Shown: piece by piece, positions 24,890 to 33,920 of the stretch
Layout: each line of letters opens with the position of its first letter
Numbering within the stretch: position 1 is the stretch's first letter
Assembly (NCBI GenBank): GCA_002840355.1
Contig: PHAL01000002.1
Span: 108,857-172,856 of the forward strand
Direction: 5' to 3'
From: Elusimicrobia bacterium HGW-Elusimicrobia-3
Lineage (GTDB): Bacteria; Elusimicrobiota; Elusimicrobia; Elusimicrobiales; UBA9959
Length of the DNA stretch: 64,000 nucleotides
Made by a program: the position numbers and the translations under genes
Notes under the pieces: model-generated
Seen by the model: only the letters and a program-made list of their open reading frames with translations
Database searches by the model: none
Told to the model about the DNA's origin: nothing

Positions 24890-27800
24890 ATGGTTTTATT
24901 GAACGCGCTTCTCGGATTGTCTTTTATCCTGCCGGCCAGCGCAGCAGACGGGGGCGCCCCCGCCTACACGATACTTTACAATTCCGAAGCCGGCGGCGGC
25001 GTGCCGGCCGGTCTGCCAGCTATTATGCGGCTCATCCGGTCCAAAGAAAAAGAGCTCGGCGTTTCTACCTCCTCTTCGTCCCGGCTGGAGCTGGGCGACG
25101 GGGCGGCGGCTTTCACCACAGCGGTTGAGGCGGCGGAGGATGCCGGGGGCGGGGCCGTTGAAGACCCAGGCGCTCCTCCTCACCAGTTGCGGCCGGGGCC
25201 TCCCAGGGAGGGAGGGCTGGCAGTAAGGACGCTATTCGACCTCAACTCGGATACTGTCAAAAAACGCAGCCAGGTAAAAGGCGGCGGCGATAACAACACT
25301 ATGGTCATGACGCTGGATAATAAGGGGAGGCCCTATAGCCGTCTGGCCTTGTCCTCGCCCGAAGGCGATCTGCAGGTCTATCACCGCGACACGGACTATA
25401 TAATCTACACGCAGGCCGCCGATGGCCGCGGCGGTATTTCACTAAAAGAGTGGCTCTATGCCTTAAAGCCGGGGCCCGGCGGCAGGACAGCCTATTCCTG
25501 GTCATTTGAAAGCGGTTCCAAAAACCAGGCTATAGAACTGAGGCGGGAGCCGGCCGGGGGCATAGGCGTTTATTCCCGCCTGGTGGCGGTCGGCATAGAC
25601 GCCGCCGACAGAAAGAGGCAGGCTTCGGTTATGGAGACCGTGCGCAAGGCTTTCAGATCAGAGGTAAAGATAGGCGATGAGCGGCTTTTGGCCAGGCTGC
25701 AGCCTGTGGTTTACTGGACCGTGGCGGGTGAAAGAAAGACGGCGGACTTTAATGTTACCGGCGCGGGTAAGCTGGATCTTTCGCTGGCGGAGCCGCCCGA
25801 GAGTTATCCACTCATAATAGACCCCACCCTCAACTGGGGGCAGTGGCTGGGAGCGAATGAAGCCGGAGAGGCACACATTAAAGCTTTGGCGGTGGACACG
25901 GCCACCGGGGAGATTTATATCGGTGGCCATATTGGGGCGCCGGGAATAGTCAGTGAGTCTATAACCTGGCAGGGCACCCATAGCGGCCTTAATGAAGGCT
26001 TTGTAGTGGAGATACAGGACGGCGCCACGCCTGTAATAAACTGGGGGCAATGGTTGGGAGGAGTGCAGGACGACTATGTTTATGCCCTGGCTGTGAACGG
26101 TGACGAGATCTATGCCGGCGGCCATTCTATTGCCAGCTCATCAGGTTGGGAGACTATAACCTGGCAGGGCGCTTTCAGCGGCAGTAATGAAGGCTTTGTT
26201 GTGGAGATACAGGACGGCGCCACGCCTGTGATAAACTGGGGCCAATGGTTGGGGGGTACTGGTAACGACGCAGTCCGTGCCCTGGCGGTGAACGGTGATG
26301 AAATTTATGTCGGCGGCGACTCTTGGAGCGCTACCAGTTGGGAGGCGATAACCTGGCAGGGCACCCATAGCGGCGGAAATGAAGGCTTTGTGGTGGAGAT
26401 ACAGGACGGTGCTACGCCCACCATTAACTGGGGGCAATGGCTGGGCGGTACGGGGAACGACACTGTTTACGCTCTGGCGGTGAATGTAGATGAGATCTAT
26501 GCCGGCGGCAACTCTTATGACGCTACCAGTTGGGAAACGATAACCTGGCAAGGCGCACATAGTGGCAATTCCGAAGGCTTTGTGGTTGAGATACAGGACG
26601 GAGCCACGCCTGTAATAAACTGGGGCCAATGGCTGGGCGGGACGGGGATTGATTATGTCTATGCCCTGGCGGTGAACGGTGATGAGATCTATGCCGGCGG
26701 CTACTCAGGGGCCGCTACCAGTTGGGAAACGATAACTTGGCAGGGGGCCTATAGCGGCAGCTACGAGAGTTTTGTTGTGGAGATACAGGACGGCGCTGCG
26801 CCCGCTATAAACTGGGGCCAATGGTTGGGAGGAACAGGTGCTGAGTATCTTACTGCCTTGGCAGTGAACGGCGACGAAATCTATGCCAGCGGCTACACTT
26901 ATGTCACTACCGGTTGGGAAACGATAACCTGGCAGGGGGCCCATAGCGGCAGTTCCGAAGGCTTTGTAGTGGAGATACAGGACGGTGCTACGCCAACCAT
27001 AAACTGGGGGCAATGGCTGGGCGGTACGGGTGAAGATTGCGTTTATGCCCTGGCGGTGAACGGAGACCAGATTTATGCCCCCGGCGAGACTAACCTCAGT
27101 GACTCTTGGGAGTCTATAACCTGGCAGGGGGCTTATAACGGCGGCTACGAGGGTTTTGTTGTGGAGATACAGGACGGCGCTACGCCTGCTATAAATTGGG
27201 GGCAATGGCTGGGTGGTGGTATAGCAAGTGCTGAAATCAAAGCTCTGGCGGTGAACGGCGATGAGATTTATGCCGGCGGCTATTCTGGTTCTAGTGTTGC
27301 GTTCGAGAGCATAACCTGGCAGGGGGCCCATAGCGGCAGTTCCGAAGGCTTTGTAGTGGAGATACAGGACGGCGTCACGCCTGTAATAAGCTGGGGCCAA
27401 TGGCTGGGCGGTACGGGGAATGACTATGTTCGCGCACTAGCGGTGAACGGCGACGAGATCTATGCCGGCGGTGACTCGCAGGGCGCGACCGGTTGGGAGA
27501 CGATAACCTGGCAGGGGGCCCATAGCGGTGATTATGAGGGGTTTGTGGTGGAGATACAGGACGGCGTCACGCCTGCCATAAACTGGGGGCAATGGCTGGG
27601 GGGGACGAGTACCGATAGAGTTTATGCCCTGGCTGTGAACGGCGACGAAATCTATGCCGGAGGCAGCTCTTATTCTGCTACCGGGTGGGAGACGGTAACC
27701 TGGCAGGGGGCCCATAGCGGTAATTATGAGGGGTTCGTGGTGGAGATCCAGGACGGCGTCACGCCTGCAATAAACTGGGGCCAATGGCTGGGGGGGACGA

Positions 27801-28558
27801 GTTCAAATGGTGTCTATGCCTTAGCGGTGAATGGTGATGAGATTTATGCCGGCGGCTTCTCTGGGGGCACCACAAGTTGGGAGGCTGTAACCTGGCAGGG
27901 CGCCCATAGCGGCGGTAATGAAGGCTTTGTTGTGGAGATACAGGACGGTGCCGCGCCTGTTATAAACTGGGGGCAATGGCTGGGCGGTGCGGGGTATGAT
28001 TATGTTCAGGCGCTTGCGGTGAACGGCGACGAGATTTATGCTGCTGGCTATTCCCCCGATGCTACCAGCTGGGAGACTATAGCCTGGCAGGGCGGGGAGC
28101 CTAACGGAAATCCTGATGGTTTTGTAGTGGAGATACAGGACGGCGCTACGCCTGTAATAAATTGGGGCCAATGGCTGGGTGGGACTGGTGTCGACTTTGT
28201 TTATGCCCTGGCGGTGAACGGCGATAAGATCTATGCCGGTGGCCACTCTGGGGACGCTACCAGTTGGGAGGCGATAACCTGGCAGGGCACCCATAGCGGC
28301 GGAAATGAAGGCTTTGTCGTGGAGATCCAAGACGGCGCCTCGCCTGTAATAAATTGGGGGCAATGGTTGGGTGGTACGGGGCATGAGTATTTTTATGCTT
28401 TGGCAGTGAATGGCGATGAAATCTATGCCGGCGGCTATTCTCCCAACAGTTCCGGTTGGGAGAATATAACCTGGCAGGGGACGCATAACGGCATATACGA
28501 AGCCTTCATTGTAAAGATCCTCCCGCCCGCCGACCCCACCTTCCCCTCCCACTGGTAG
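24890..28558 (+). CDS. secreted protein with 14 SBBP-like beta-propeller repeats
   Basis: Signal peptide MVLLNALLGLSFILPASA. From aa 314 there are 14 tandem ~64-aa units: INWGQWLGGTGNDYVYALAVNGDEIYAGGYS..ATSWETITWQGAHSG..EGFVVEIQDGATPV. Confidence 0.85.
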   Translation: MVLLNALLGLSFILPASAADGGAPAYTILYNSEAGGGVPAGLPAIMRLIRSKEKELGVSTSSSSRLELGDGAAAFTTAVEAAEDAGGGAVEDPGAPPHQLRPGPPREGGLAVRTLFDLNSDTVKKRSQVKGGGDNNTMVMTLDNKGRPYSRLALSSPEGDLQVYHRDTDYIIYTQAADGRGGISLKEWLYALKPGPGGRTAYSWSFESGSKNQAIELRREPAGGIGVYSRLVAVGIDAADRKRQASVMETVRKAFRSEVKIGDERLLARLQPVVYWTVAGERKTADFNVTGAGKLDLSLAEPPESYPLIIDPTLNWGQWLGANEAGEAHIKALAVDTATGEIYIGGHIGAPGIVSESITWQGTHSGLNEGFVVEIQDGATPVINWGQWLGGVQDDYVYALAVNGDEIYAGGHSIASSSGWETITWQGAFSGSNEGFVVEIQDGATPVINWGQWLGGTGNDAVRALAVNGDEIYVGGDSWSATSWEAITWQGTHSGGNEGFVVEIQDGATPTINWGQWLGGTGNDTVYALAVNVDEIYAGGNSYDATSWETITWQGAHSGNSEGFVVEIQDGATPVINWGQWLGGTGIDYVYALAVNGDEIYAGGYSGAATSWETITWQGAYSGSYESFVVEIQDGAAPAINWGQWLGGTGAEYLTALAVNGDEIYASGYTYVTTGWETITWQGAHSGSSEGFVVEIQDGATPTINWGQWLGGTGEDCVYALAVNGDQIYAPGETNLSDSWESITWQGAYNGGYEGFVVEIQDGATPAINWGQWLGGGIASAEIKALAVNGDEIYAGGYSGSSVAFESITWQGAHSGSSEGFVVEIQDGVTPVISWGQWLGGTGNDYVRALAVNGDEIYAGGDSQGATGWETITWQGAHSGDYEGFVVEIQDGVTPAINWGQWLGGTSTDRVYALAVNGDEIYAGGSSYSATGWETVTWQGAHSGNYEGFVVEIQDGVTPAINWGQWLGGTSSNGVYALAVNGDEIYAGGFSGGTTSWEAVTWQGAHSGGNEGFVVEIQDGAAPVINWGQWLGGAGYDYVQALAVNGDEIYAAGYSPDATSWETIAWQGGEPNGNPDGFVVEIQDGATPVINWGQWLGGTGVDFVYALAVNGDKIYAGGHSGDATSWEAITWQGTHSGGNEGFVVEIQDGASPVINWGQWLGGTGHEYFYALAVNGDEIYAGGYSPNSSGWENITWQGTHNGIYEAFIVKILPPADPTFPSHW
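25829..28555 (+). repeat. coding tandem repeat, 14 units of ~192 bp (64-69 aa)
   Basis: The nucleotide strings aactgggg(c/g)caatggctggg and ggctttgt(a/g/t)gtggagatacaggacgg recur every ~192 nt from 25829 to the end of the CDS. Confidence 0.9.
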
Positions 28559-28656
28559 CGCAGCAGAGATATGGTGACACACAACTTAATTCATCCGGCC
28601 TGGCCCATAAAGCCCGCGCAATTCTGCGCCGCGCGCCGGGTCCGCCTTAGGCACGT

Positions 28657-29214
28657 ATGAGAAAAATTCTGGTGCTTATAATAGAGGACGATCCCGCCTG
28701 CTGTGAATTGTTAACGGCGGCCATGCTGGAGGCGGGCCGTGTGGTGCATGCTGCTACAACCCTTGCGGAGGGATATAAAGAGCTGGAAAAGGCCAGGCCG
28801 GACCTGATAGTGCTCGACAGGGGCCTGCCCGACGGGGACGGTGTGAAGTTCTGCCTGACTTTAAGAAAGGACTCCCGCTACAGAACTATCCCCATACTAA
28901 TGCTCACAGGCAGGGGCGAGGTGGAGGACAGGATACTTGGCCTGCGTCTGGGCGCGGACGATTATATGGTAAAGCCTTTCGATATGGAGGAGCTTCTGGC
29001 CAGGATGGACGGGCTTGTACGGCGCAATCAGCCGGAGTTGGCTGGCGGTTCCGGTAGGATGCAGTTCAAGGGTATAGTGATGGACCTTCGCGGCCGGCAG
29101 GTGCTGGCGAACGGGGAGGAAATTAAGGTGTCGCCTCGCGAGTATGAGCTGCTGCGTATATTCCTGGAAAATCGGCCTTATATTCGTTGCTTGAATGGGA
29201 GACGGGATTTATGA
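28657..29214 (+). CDS. OmpR-family response regulator with truncated winged-helix domain
   Basis: The receiver is complete (LIIEDDP, LIVLDRGLPDGDG, LMLTG, YMVKPF). The DNA-binding domain stops after ...VSPREYELLRIFLENRP, so the recognition helix and wing are absent. The stop overlaps the next ATG (ATGA at 29211-29214). Confidence 0.7.
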   Translation: MRKILVLIIEDDPACCELLTAAMLEAGRVVHAATTLAEGYKELEKARPDLIVLDRGLPDGDGVKFCLTLRKDSRYRTIPILMLTGRGEVEDRILGLRLGADDYMVKPFDMEELLARMDGLVRRNQPELAGGSGRMQFKGIVMDLRGRQVLANGEEIKVSPREYELLRIFLENRPYIRCLNGRRDL

Positions 29215-29882
29215 AAATGTGTTTTTTACTGATGGCGGTTATTTTTTGCGCGGGTTTGGTAAGCGCCAGGGATGACGGAGAAACCTCGTTCGCGCTGGTC
29301 ACCGGCAACGAGCCTGCCAGGACACTAAGGGATTTTGACATCGATGCCGTGGTGGAGGCTGTCACTTCCGCGATGGCAAACGCGGCGCGTAATTATTACC
29401 TGCCCGACAAGCCGGAAAATTCCAAGGCGATAGCCCGCTACAGGAAGAAAGCCAAGACCATACTGTCCTATGACAGCACTTTCAGGAGGTCCCTCGGCGA
29501 AGTCTGTATAGGCCTGGCTAACACCGCTGTAAAAGCGGTGAACCAAGCGGGCGAAATGTTGCCGGGCAAGCCGCTGACGCTGCCGGTGAAGCAGAATTAT
29601 CTGCCCTATGATAAGGGCGTCTCCTCCATTACGGTTACGGAGGGAAAAACCACAGTGGTGTTTACCAACACTATGCCGTGCATTAACGCCGCCGGCCGTG
29701 CTCTCAACGGCGGGGTGCGCGAGCAGTATATGCCGGGAGCCAAGGAAGGATCTCCTGACCGCGATTATTACGGCAACGGGGCGGCGGCCATCATGAGCAG
29801 CGACCGGCTCTATAACCACTCACTAGCCGAGGTCTGCGGCAAGCTGATCCTGGCCGCCAAAAGAGAAGCTGAATCTAAATAG
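29211..29882 (+). CDS. secreted hypothetical protein
   Basis: Signal peptide MKMCFLLMAVIFCAGLVSA. Lower GC than the flanks. No recognisable domain. Confidence 0.6.
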   Translation: MKMCFLLMAVIFCAGLVSARDDGETSFALVTGNEPARTLRDFDIDAVVEAVTSAMANAARNYYLPDKPENSKAIARYRKKAKTILSYDSTFRRSLGEVCIGLANTAVKAVNQAGEMLPGKPLTLPVKQNYLPYDKGVSSITVTEGKTTVVFTNTMPCINAAGRALNGGVREQYMPGAKEGSPDRDYYGNGAAAIMSSDRLYNHSLAEVCGKLILAAKREAESK

Positions 29883-29951
29883 AACAGAGGTCATCAGAAG
29901 GTATATGATGTTTATAAAGCGATACTTTAAGAGCACCAGGGGGGGGGCAAT

Positions 29952-30962
29952 TTGAAAAAATTCCTGATAATGAGAGGTCTGTTGTGCCTTTCCGTCGGCG
30001 CATATAGCGCCAATCTTAATTGCTTTGCGGCCACGGCCGACCATTTGGAGACCATCCCCTCCGCAAAAAGCGCCTCTATACAGCCCGTTGCTGAAGGTCT
30101 GGATTGCTCTTTGCGCAAAGACTATTTGGAACGGCACCTGCAAGCTGACCAATTAGGGGTGCAACAATTGCTGGCGCGCCTGGTGAAACAAAACTTTCAG
30201 GCTATCTATATAGGCACATCCCATAACGCCTGGGATACTGAGAGCGTTGCGCGGATCTTGCACACACTGCATCACACAGACGGATCCTTTAACTGTTTTG
30301 CGCTCGAAGCAGATAGGCGTTGCCAAGAAGGTATTGACTCTATTGTTTCCGGCAAAAAAACATTTGAGGAGGCAGCCCAAACCGCCTCAAAGATATGCGG
30401 CTATTCTTATGTTCCGTCTCAAAAAGCGCTGTTTGATGCCGCACGCAATAATGGGATCAGAGTGTTTGCCGTTGATGACCTTTCCGTGGGCTTTGACGAA
30501 GCGGACGGCCTCCCCACCCAGTCTGTGGCCACAACAATGCCTCGGCGCAATGAGGCCATGGCACAGGCTGTGGCAACACTGCTCCATAAAGGGACATGCC
30601 GCAAGATTCTCGGCCTTTCTGGAGGCGCACATGTTATAAAAGGCTTTTACGACGAAAAAGAACCTGAACTCTGGGGCTCAATACCAGACCGGCTGAGACT
30701 ACTCGGGATCAGTGTGGCTCCAGTCAATCTGATCAGTCGCGTTTCCAGCGGCAAAGGCAGCCCGTTGGCTCCCGAAGGATGCTCCTGGAATCTCTGGGAT
30801 AAAATTCCTGCAGGTAGCGCGCCCCTTGGTTTTATCCCGCGCAGTCCCGCTCCGCCTGTCCGGTATCCCTTGTATCCATATGGTAATCCCGCGACTTTGC
30901 CCTATGATCTAAAGAATCCTATTAACTGGGATGAGTACAAGGGAGTTGTTGTGGTCCCTTGA
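29952..30962 (+). CDS. secreted hypothetical protein (TTG start; an ATG alternative lies a few codons in)
   Basis: Signal peptide (LLCLSVGAYSA). Lower GC. I cannot place it confidently in any family. Confidence 0.55.
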   Translation: MKKFLIMRGLLCLSVGAYSANLNCFAATADHLETIPSAKSASIQPVAEGLDCSLRKDYLERHLQADQLGVQQLLARLVKQNFQAIYIGTSHNAWDTESVARILHTLHHTDGSFNCFALEADRRCQEGIDSIVSGKKTFEEAAQTASKICGYSYVPSQKALFDAARNNGIRVFAVDDLSVGFDEADGLPTQSVATTMPRRNEAMAQAVATLLHKGTCRKILGLSGGAHVIKGFYDEKEPELWGSIPDRLRLLGISVAPVNLISRVSSGKGSPLAPEGCSWNLWDKIPAGSAPLGFIPRSPAPPVRYPLYPYGNPATLPYDLKNPINWDEYKGVVVVP

Positions 30963-31033
30963 TCCCGCTGGTGCCCCGTCCAGCCCTTGGGTATGGATCG
31001 GTCCCAGAGTAAGTCAGTTCGCTTCGTTAATGA

Positions 31034-31069
31034 GCCGGGCGCGGCGTAAGCCGCGCCCGGCATTGTTTG
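31034..31069 (+). terminator. rho-independent terminator-like hairpin
   Basis: GCCGGGCGCGGC-GTAA-GCCGCGCCCGGC (perfect 12-bp stem) followed by ATTGTTTGC. It lies 72 nt after the stop at 30962. Confidence 0.6.
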
Positions 31070-31312
31070 CGCTATTCGGGACAGTGTGTTCAATCCCAGA
31101 CCTGTTTTCCCGGAGAGCATAAACCTCTCTATTCCCGCGACATTACCCAGCCTCTCACTCCTAAGCAGAAAGGCTCGCCGATGTGGGCATATCGCCTCAT
31201 GTGCCGAAGCGGCATCTTTCAGTAGCATACTTAGAGACGGCGGATACGCGCGTGTGCGGGGTCCGCGGTCGCCTGAGATGGGGGAAATGCCAAGTATGCT
31301 GGAGGTATAGTA

Positions 31313-32152
31313 ATGAGGAATCGTGTAAGTGCAGTATCGGGTTTGATAGTGTTGTTTTCGGCGGCGGCCTTCGCGGCCGGGAACAGCTCTTCCGCGCTGG
31401 GGGAGCTTGAAGTATACGCGGGGCCGCGGGTCTCGCTGGAAGTACCGGCGGCGCAGCCGGCTCTGCCCCGGAGCAGTTCGTTCGCCTTTAAGCCGGTACC
31501 GGACCCGGAGGCCTTCAGCGGTTTCTCGTGCCGCGACGCTTACGGCAACAAAGGACTTAACGACATCGACCTGCAGGAACTGGCCGACACCAAGGTGGGC
31601 TATTGCGGCGATTTCAAGGGCGCGTCGCTGCCCAAGGGGTTCGACCTGAGCGGAGCGGACCTGCGCGGGGCGGAGTTCGTGTATGCGTCCATTGCCGGTG
31701 TCAGGATGGCCAAGGCTGACCTCACCGGGGCTACTTTCTTCGCCCTGGACGCGTATTGGCTGGACCTGACCGAAGCCGTCATGAACGGGATCTGGATAGA
31801 GAATTCCACCCTCGGCTACGGAAAGCTGGACCGCGTGCAGATGAAGAACGCCTCCGTGCGCGGCGTTATGCTCTACGGGGTAAGGATGTCATACGCCAAC
31901 CTCGACGGCATAGATATGCGGGGCTGCGCCATGTACGGCGACGGGGCCACCATGGAGGGAACGTCCATGATAGGCGCCGACCTGCGCAACGCCTACTTCA
32001 CCAATTATGAGGCCTACGGCGGCAGCGATAATACCACCGACTTTACCGGAACGGTAATGCGCGACGCCATATATAATGAGAAAAGCCGTTTCCCTTTCGC
32101 CGCCGATGAGGCCGCCAGGAGGGGAATGATACTGCGCCCCGGAGAGTATTGA
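31313..32152 (+). CDS. secreted pentapeptide-repeat protein
   Basis: Signal peptide (VSGLIVLFSAAAFAA), then consecutive A(D/N)LxG-type pentapeptides (GADLRGAEFVYASIAGVRMAKADLTGATF...ANLDGIDMRGCAM...GADLRNAYF). Confidence 0.85.
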   Translation: MRNRVSAVSGLIVLFSAAAFAAGNSSSALGELEVYAGPRVSLEVPAAQPALPRSSSFAFKPVPDPEAFSGFSCRDAYGNKGLNDIDLQELADTKVGYCGDFKGASLPKGFDLSGADLRGAEFVYASIAGVRMAKADLTGATFFALDAYWLDLTEAVMNGIWIENSTLGYGKLDRVQMKNASVRGVMLYGVRMSYANLDGIDMRGCAMYGDGATMEGTSMIGADLRNAYFTNYEAYGGSDNTTDFTGTVMRDAIYNEKSRFPFAADEAARRGMILRPGEY

Positions 32153-32158
32153 GATCCT

Positions 32159-32192
32159 CTCCCGCCCGTGGTCACGGGGCCGCGGGCGGGAG
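32159..32192 (+). other. intergenic stem-loop (CTCCCGCCCG...CGGGCGGGAG)
   Basis: A 10-bp perfect inverted repeat with a 14-nt loop. The 3' arm overlaps the GGAG upstream of the ATG at 32207. It could be a terminator for the 31313 gene or an RBS-occluding element. Confidence 0.35.
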
Positions 32193-32206
32193 GAGCGGTC
32201 TTATAG

Positions 32207-32575
32207 ATGAAGATACTGGTAATAGAGGATAACGAGGCCTTCTCCCTGATGCTCTGCGACGCGCTGCGCGAGGCTGGCTACGAAGTTGGCTCCGCGTCAA
32301 GCGGGAAGCAAGGCGTCAAAAGCGCGCTTTCCTTTCTGCCGGACCTGATATTGCTGGATTATCAACTCGGCGACATGACAGGCTACGACGCGGCGCTGGG
32401 AATACGCTGCATGCGCGCCACGGCGGCGACGCCTTTTATACTGCTCTCTTCGCTGGCCGACGATCAACTGCTGGTGAGCGCCTTCAAAAAGTTGCCCAAT
32501 TGCCGGGCTGCCCTGGTAAAGAACCAACCCCTTGGCGTGATACTGGCCGCCGTAAAGGCCGTACTCGCCGTGTAG
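32207..32575 (+). CDS. single-domain response regulator (paralog of the 11070 gene)
   Basis: MKILVIEDNEAF, DLILLDYQLGDMTG, FILLSSL, KKLPNCRAALVKNQPL. It is collinear with the 11070 product. Confidence 0.85.
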   Translation: MKILVIEDNEAFSLMLCDALREAGYEVGSASSGKQGVKSALSFLPDLILLDYQLGDMTGYDAALGIRCMRATAATPFILLSSLADDQLLVSAFKKLPNCRAALVKNQPLGVILAAVKAVLAV

Positions 32576-32634
32576 GGCGAGGGCTAAAGGGGGGCGGGTA
32601 TTATCGCAACTTCTATAATCCATCAGGAGATGAG

Positions 32635-33789
32635 ATGGTCTTAAAAATAATCTTCATTATCGCTTTGGCGCTGTTTTCGGTCGCCACGGCCTTTTGCGCC
32701 GGGCCCAAGGAACTGACGTTCATGGTGTACAAGAACGCCAAGAACGACCTGTGGGAATTCGCCGGGAAAGACATGGCCGAACTGCGCGCGGCCGGCTCGG
32801 ACGCCGCCGTGAACGTGGTGACCGAAGTGGGACGGATGAAAGACGGGGGGGACTGGAGCGGAGTCCGGCGCTATTACGTGGAGCGGTCCCCGGCGGACGC
32901 TCCGGATACCGCCGGGCTGGTCTGGGAGGCGCCTTTCGCCGATATGGGCGACTGGCGGCACCTGGCGGATTTTATAAAGTGGGCGAAAGCCAATTATCCC
33001 GCCCGGCGTTATGCGCTGGTGGTCTGGAACCACGGCAATGGCTGGAAGAAAGGCCTGCCTGGCGGGCCTTCCGGCCGCGCCATCTCTTTCGACGACGAGA
33101 CCGGGAATTATATAACCACGCCGCAGCTGGCGGCCGCGCTGAAAGAGGCCGGGCCGGTGGACGTGCTGGCCTTCGACGCCTGCCTTATGCAGACCGTAGA
33201 GGTGGCCTATGAGGTGAAGGACTACGCGGCTGTGGTGGTCGGTTCGGAAGAGACCGAGCCCGGCGAGGGCTACCCTTACGATATGGTACTGAACGCGCTT
33301 AAAGCCGCTCCCTCCGTGTCGCCGGAAGAGATAGGCGCGGTCATAGTGCGCGAGTATCAGAAGGCCAATGCGGCGGCCTATATGAACACCACACAGTCGG
33401 CGGTGCGTACCGCCGCCCTGCCCACCCTGCTGGAACTGCTCGGTGAATGGACGGCAGAGGCCGCCGGGGCGCAGCCTATGGCGCTTAAATACGCCGCCTC
33501 GCGCGCGCAGGCCTTTTACGACTTCGATCAGAAGGACCTTTACGACTATATGCGGGTGGTGGCCGGGCTGGACGTGCCCGAAGATCTCCGCGCCCGGTCA
33601 CGCCGCGTTATGAGCCATCTTGAAGAGCAAGTAATCGTGGCCAACGGCGTTACCGGCTACCAGCATCGCAACGCGCGCGGCCTGGCTGTTTACCTGCCGC
33701 AGCGCTATGCCTACAGCGCCGATTACGGCGCGCTGGCCTGGAGCCGCGAGGGCCATTGGGACGAGTTCATCTCCGGCGCGCCGCGCTAG
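32635..33789 (+). CDS. clostripain-like cysteine peptidase (family C11), secreted
   Basis: AGGAGA lies before the ATG at 32635. Signal peptide MVLKIIFIIALALFSVATAFCA. ALVVWNHGNGW (His) and VLAFDACLMQTVEVAYE (Cys) match the C11 catalytic dyad context. The track start at 32500 is rejected. Confidence 0.75.
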   Translation: MVLKIIFIIALALFSVATAFCAGPKELTFMVYKNAKNDLWEFAGKDMAELRAAGSDAAVNVVTEVGRMKDGGDWSGVRRYYVERSPADAPDTAGLVWEAPFADMGDWRHLADFIKWAKANYPARRYALVVWNHGNGWKKGLPGGPSGRAISFDDETGNYITTPQLAAALKEAGPVDVLAFDACLMQTVEVAYEVKDYAAVVVGSEETEPGEGYPYDMVLNALKAAPSVSPEEIGAVIVREYQKANAAAYMNTTQSAVRTAALPTLLELLGEWTAEAAGAQPMALKYAASRAQAFYDFDQKDLYDYMRVVAGLDVPEDLRARSRRVMSHLEEQVIVANGVTGYQHRNARGLAVYLPQRYAYSADYGALAWSREGHWDEFISGAPR

Positions 33790-33920
33790 GGCCTGCGGAA
33801 ATTCAAATTAGTGTCCCCCCCACCGAAAAACCCGGCCGGCGCGCCAGATCGCCGCGCTTTTGCGGGTAAAAATCATGTATAGTAGCAGGTGAAAACCGGG
33901 CAGAACCCGGAGGGGCGGCT

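Noticed and set aside
25829-28555. Possible CRISPR array or satellite, because of the regular ~192-bp periodicity
   Set aside because: The period is far longer than a CRISPR repeat-spacer unit. The whole array is one open reading frame encoding a propeller-type protein repeat. No cas genes are nearby.
6667-28558. Prophage or tailocin, because of the tail-fibre-like motifs
   Set aside because: All the proteins have Sec-type signal peptides. There is no capsid, portal, terminase, sheath/tube, baseplate, lysis or integrase gene. The island is interleaved with two-component genes.
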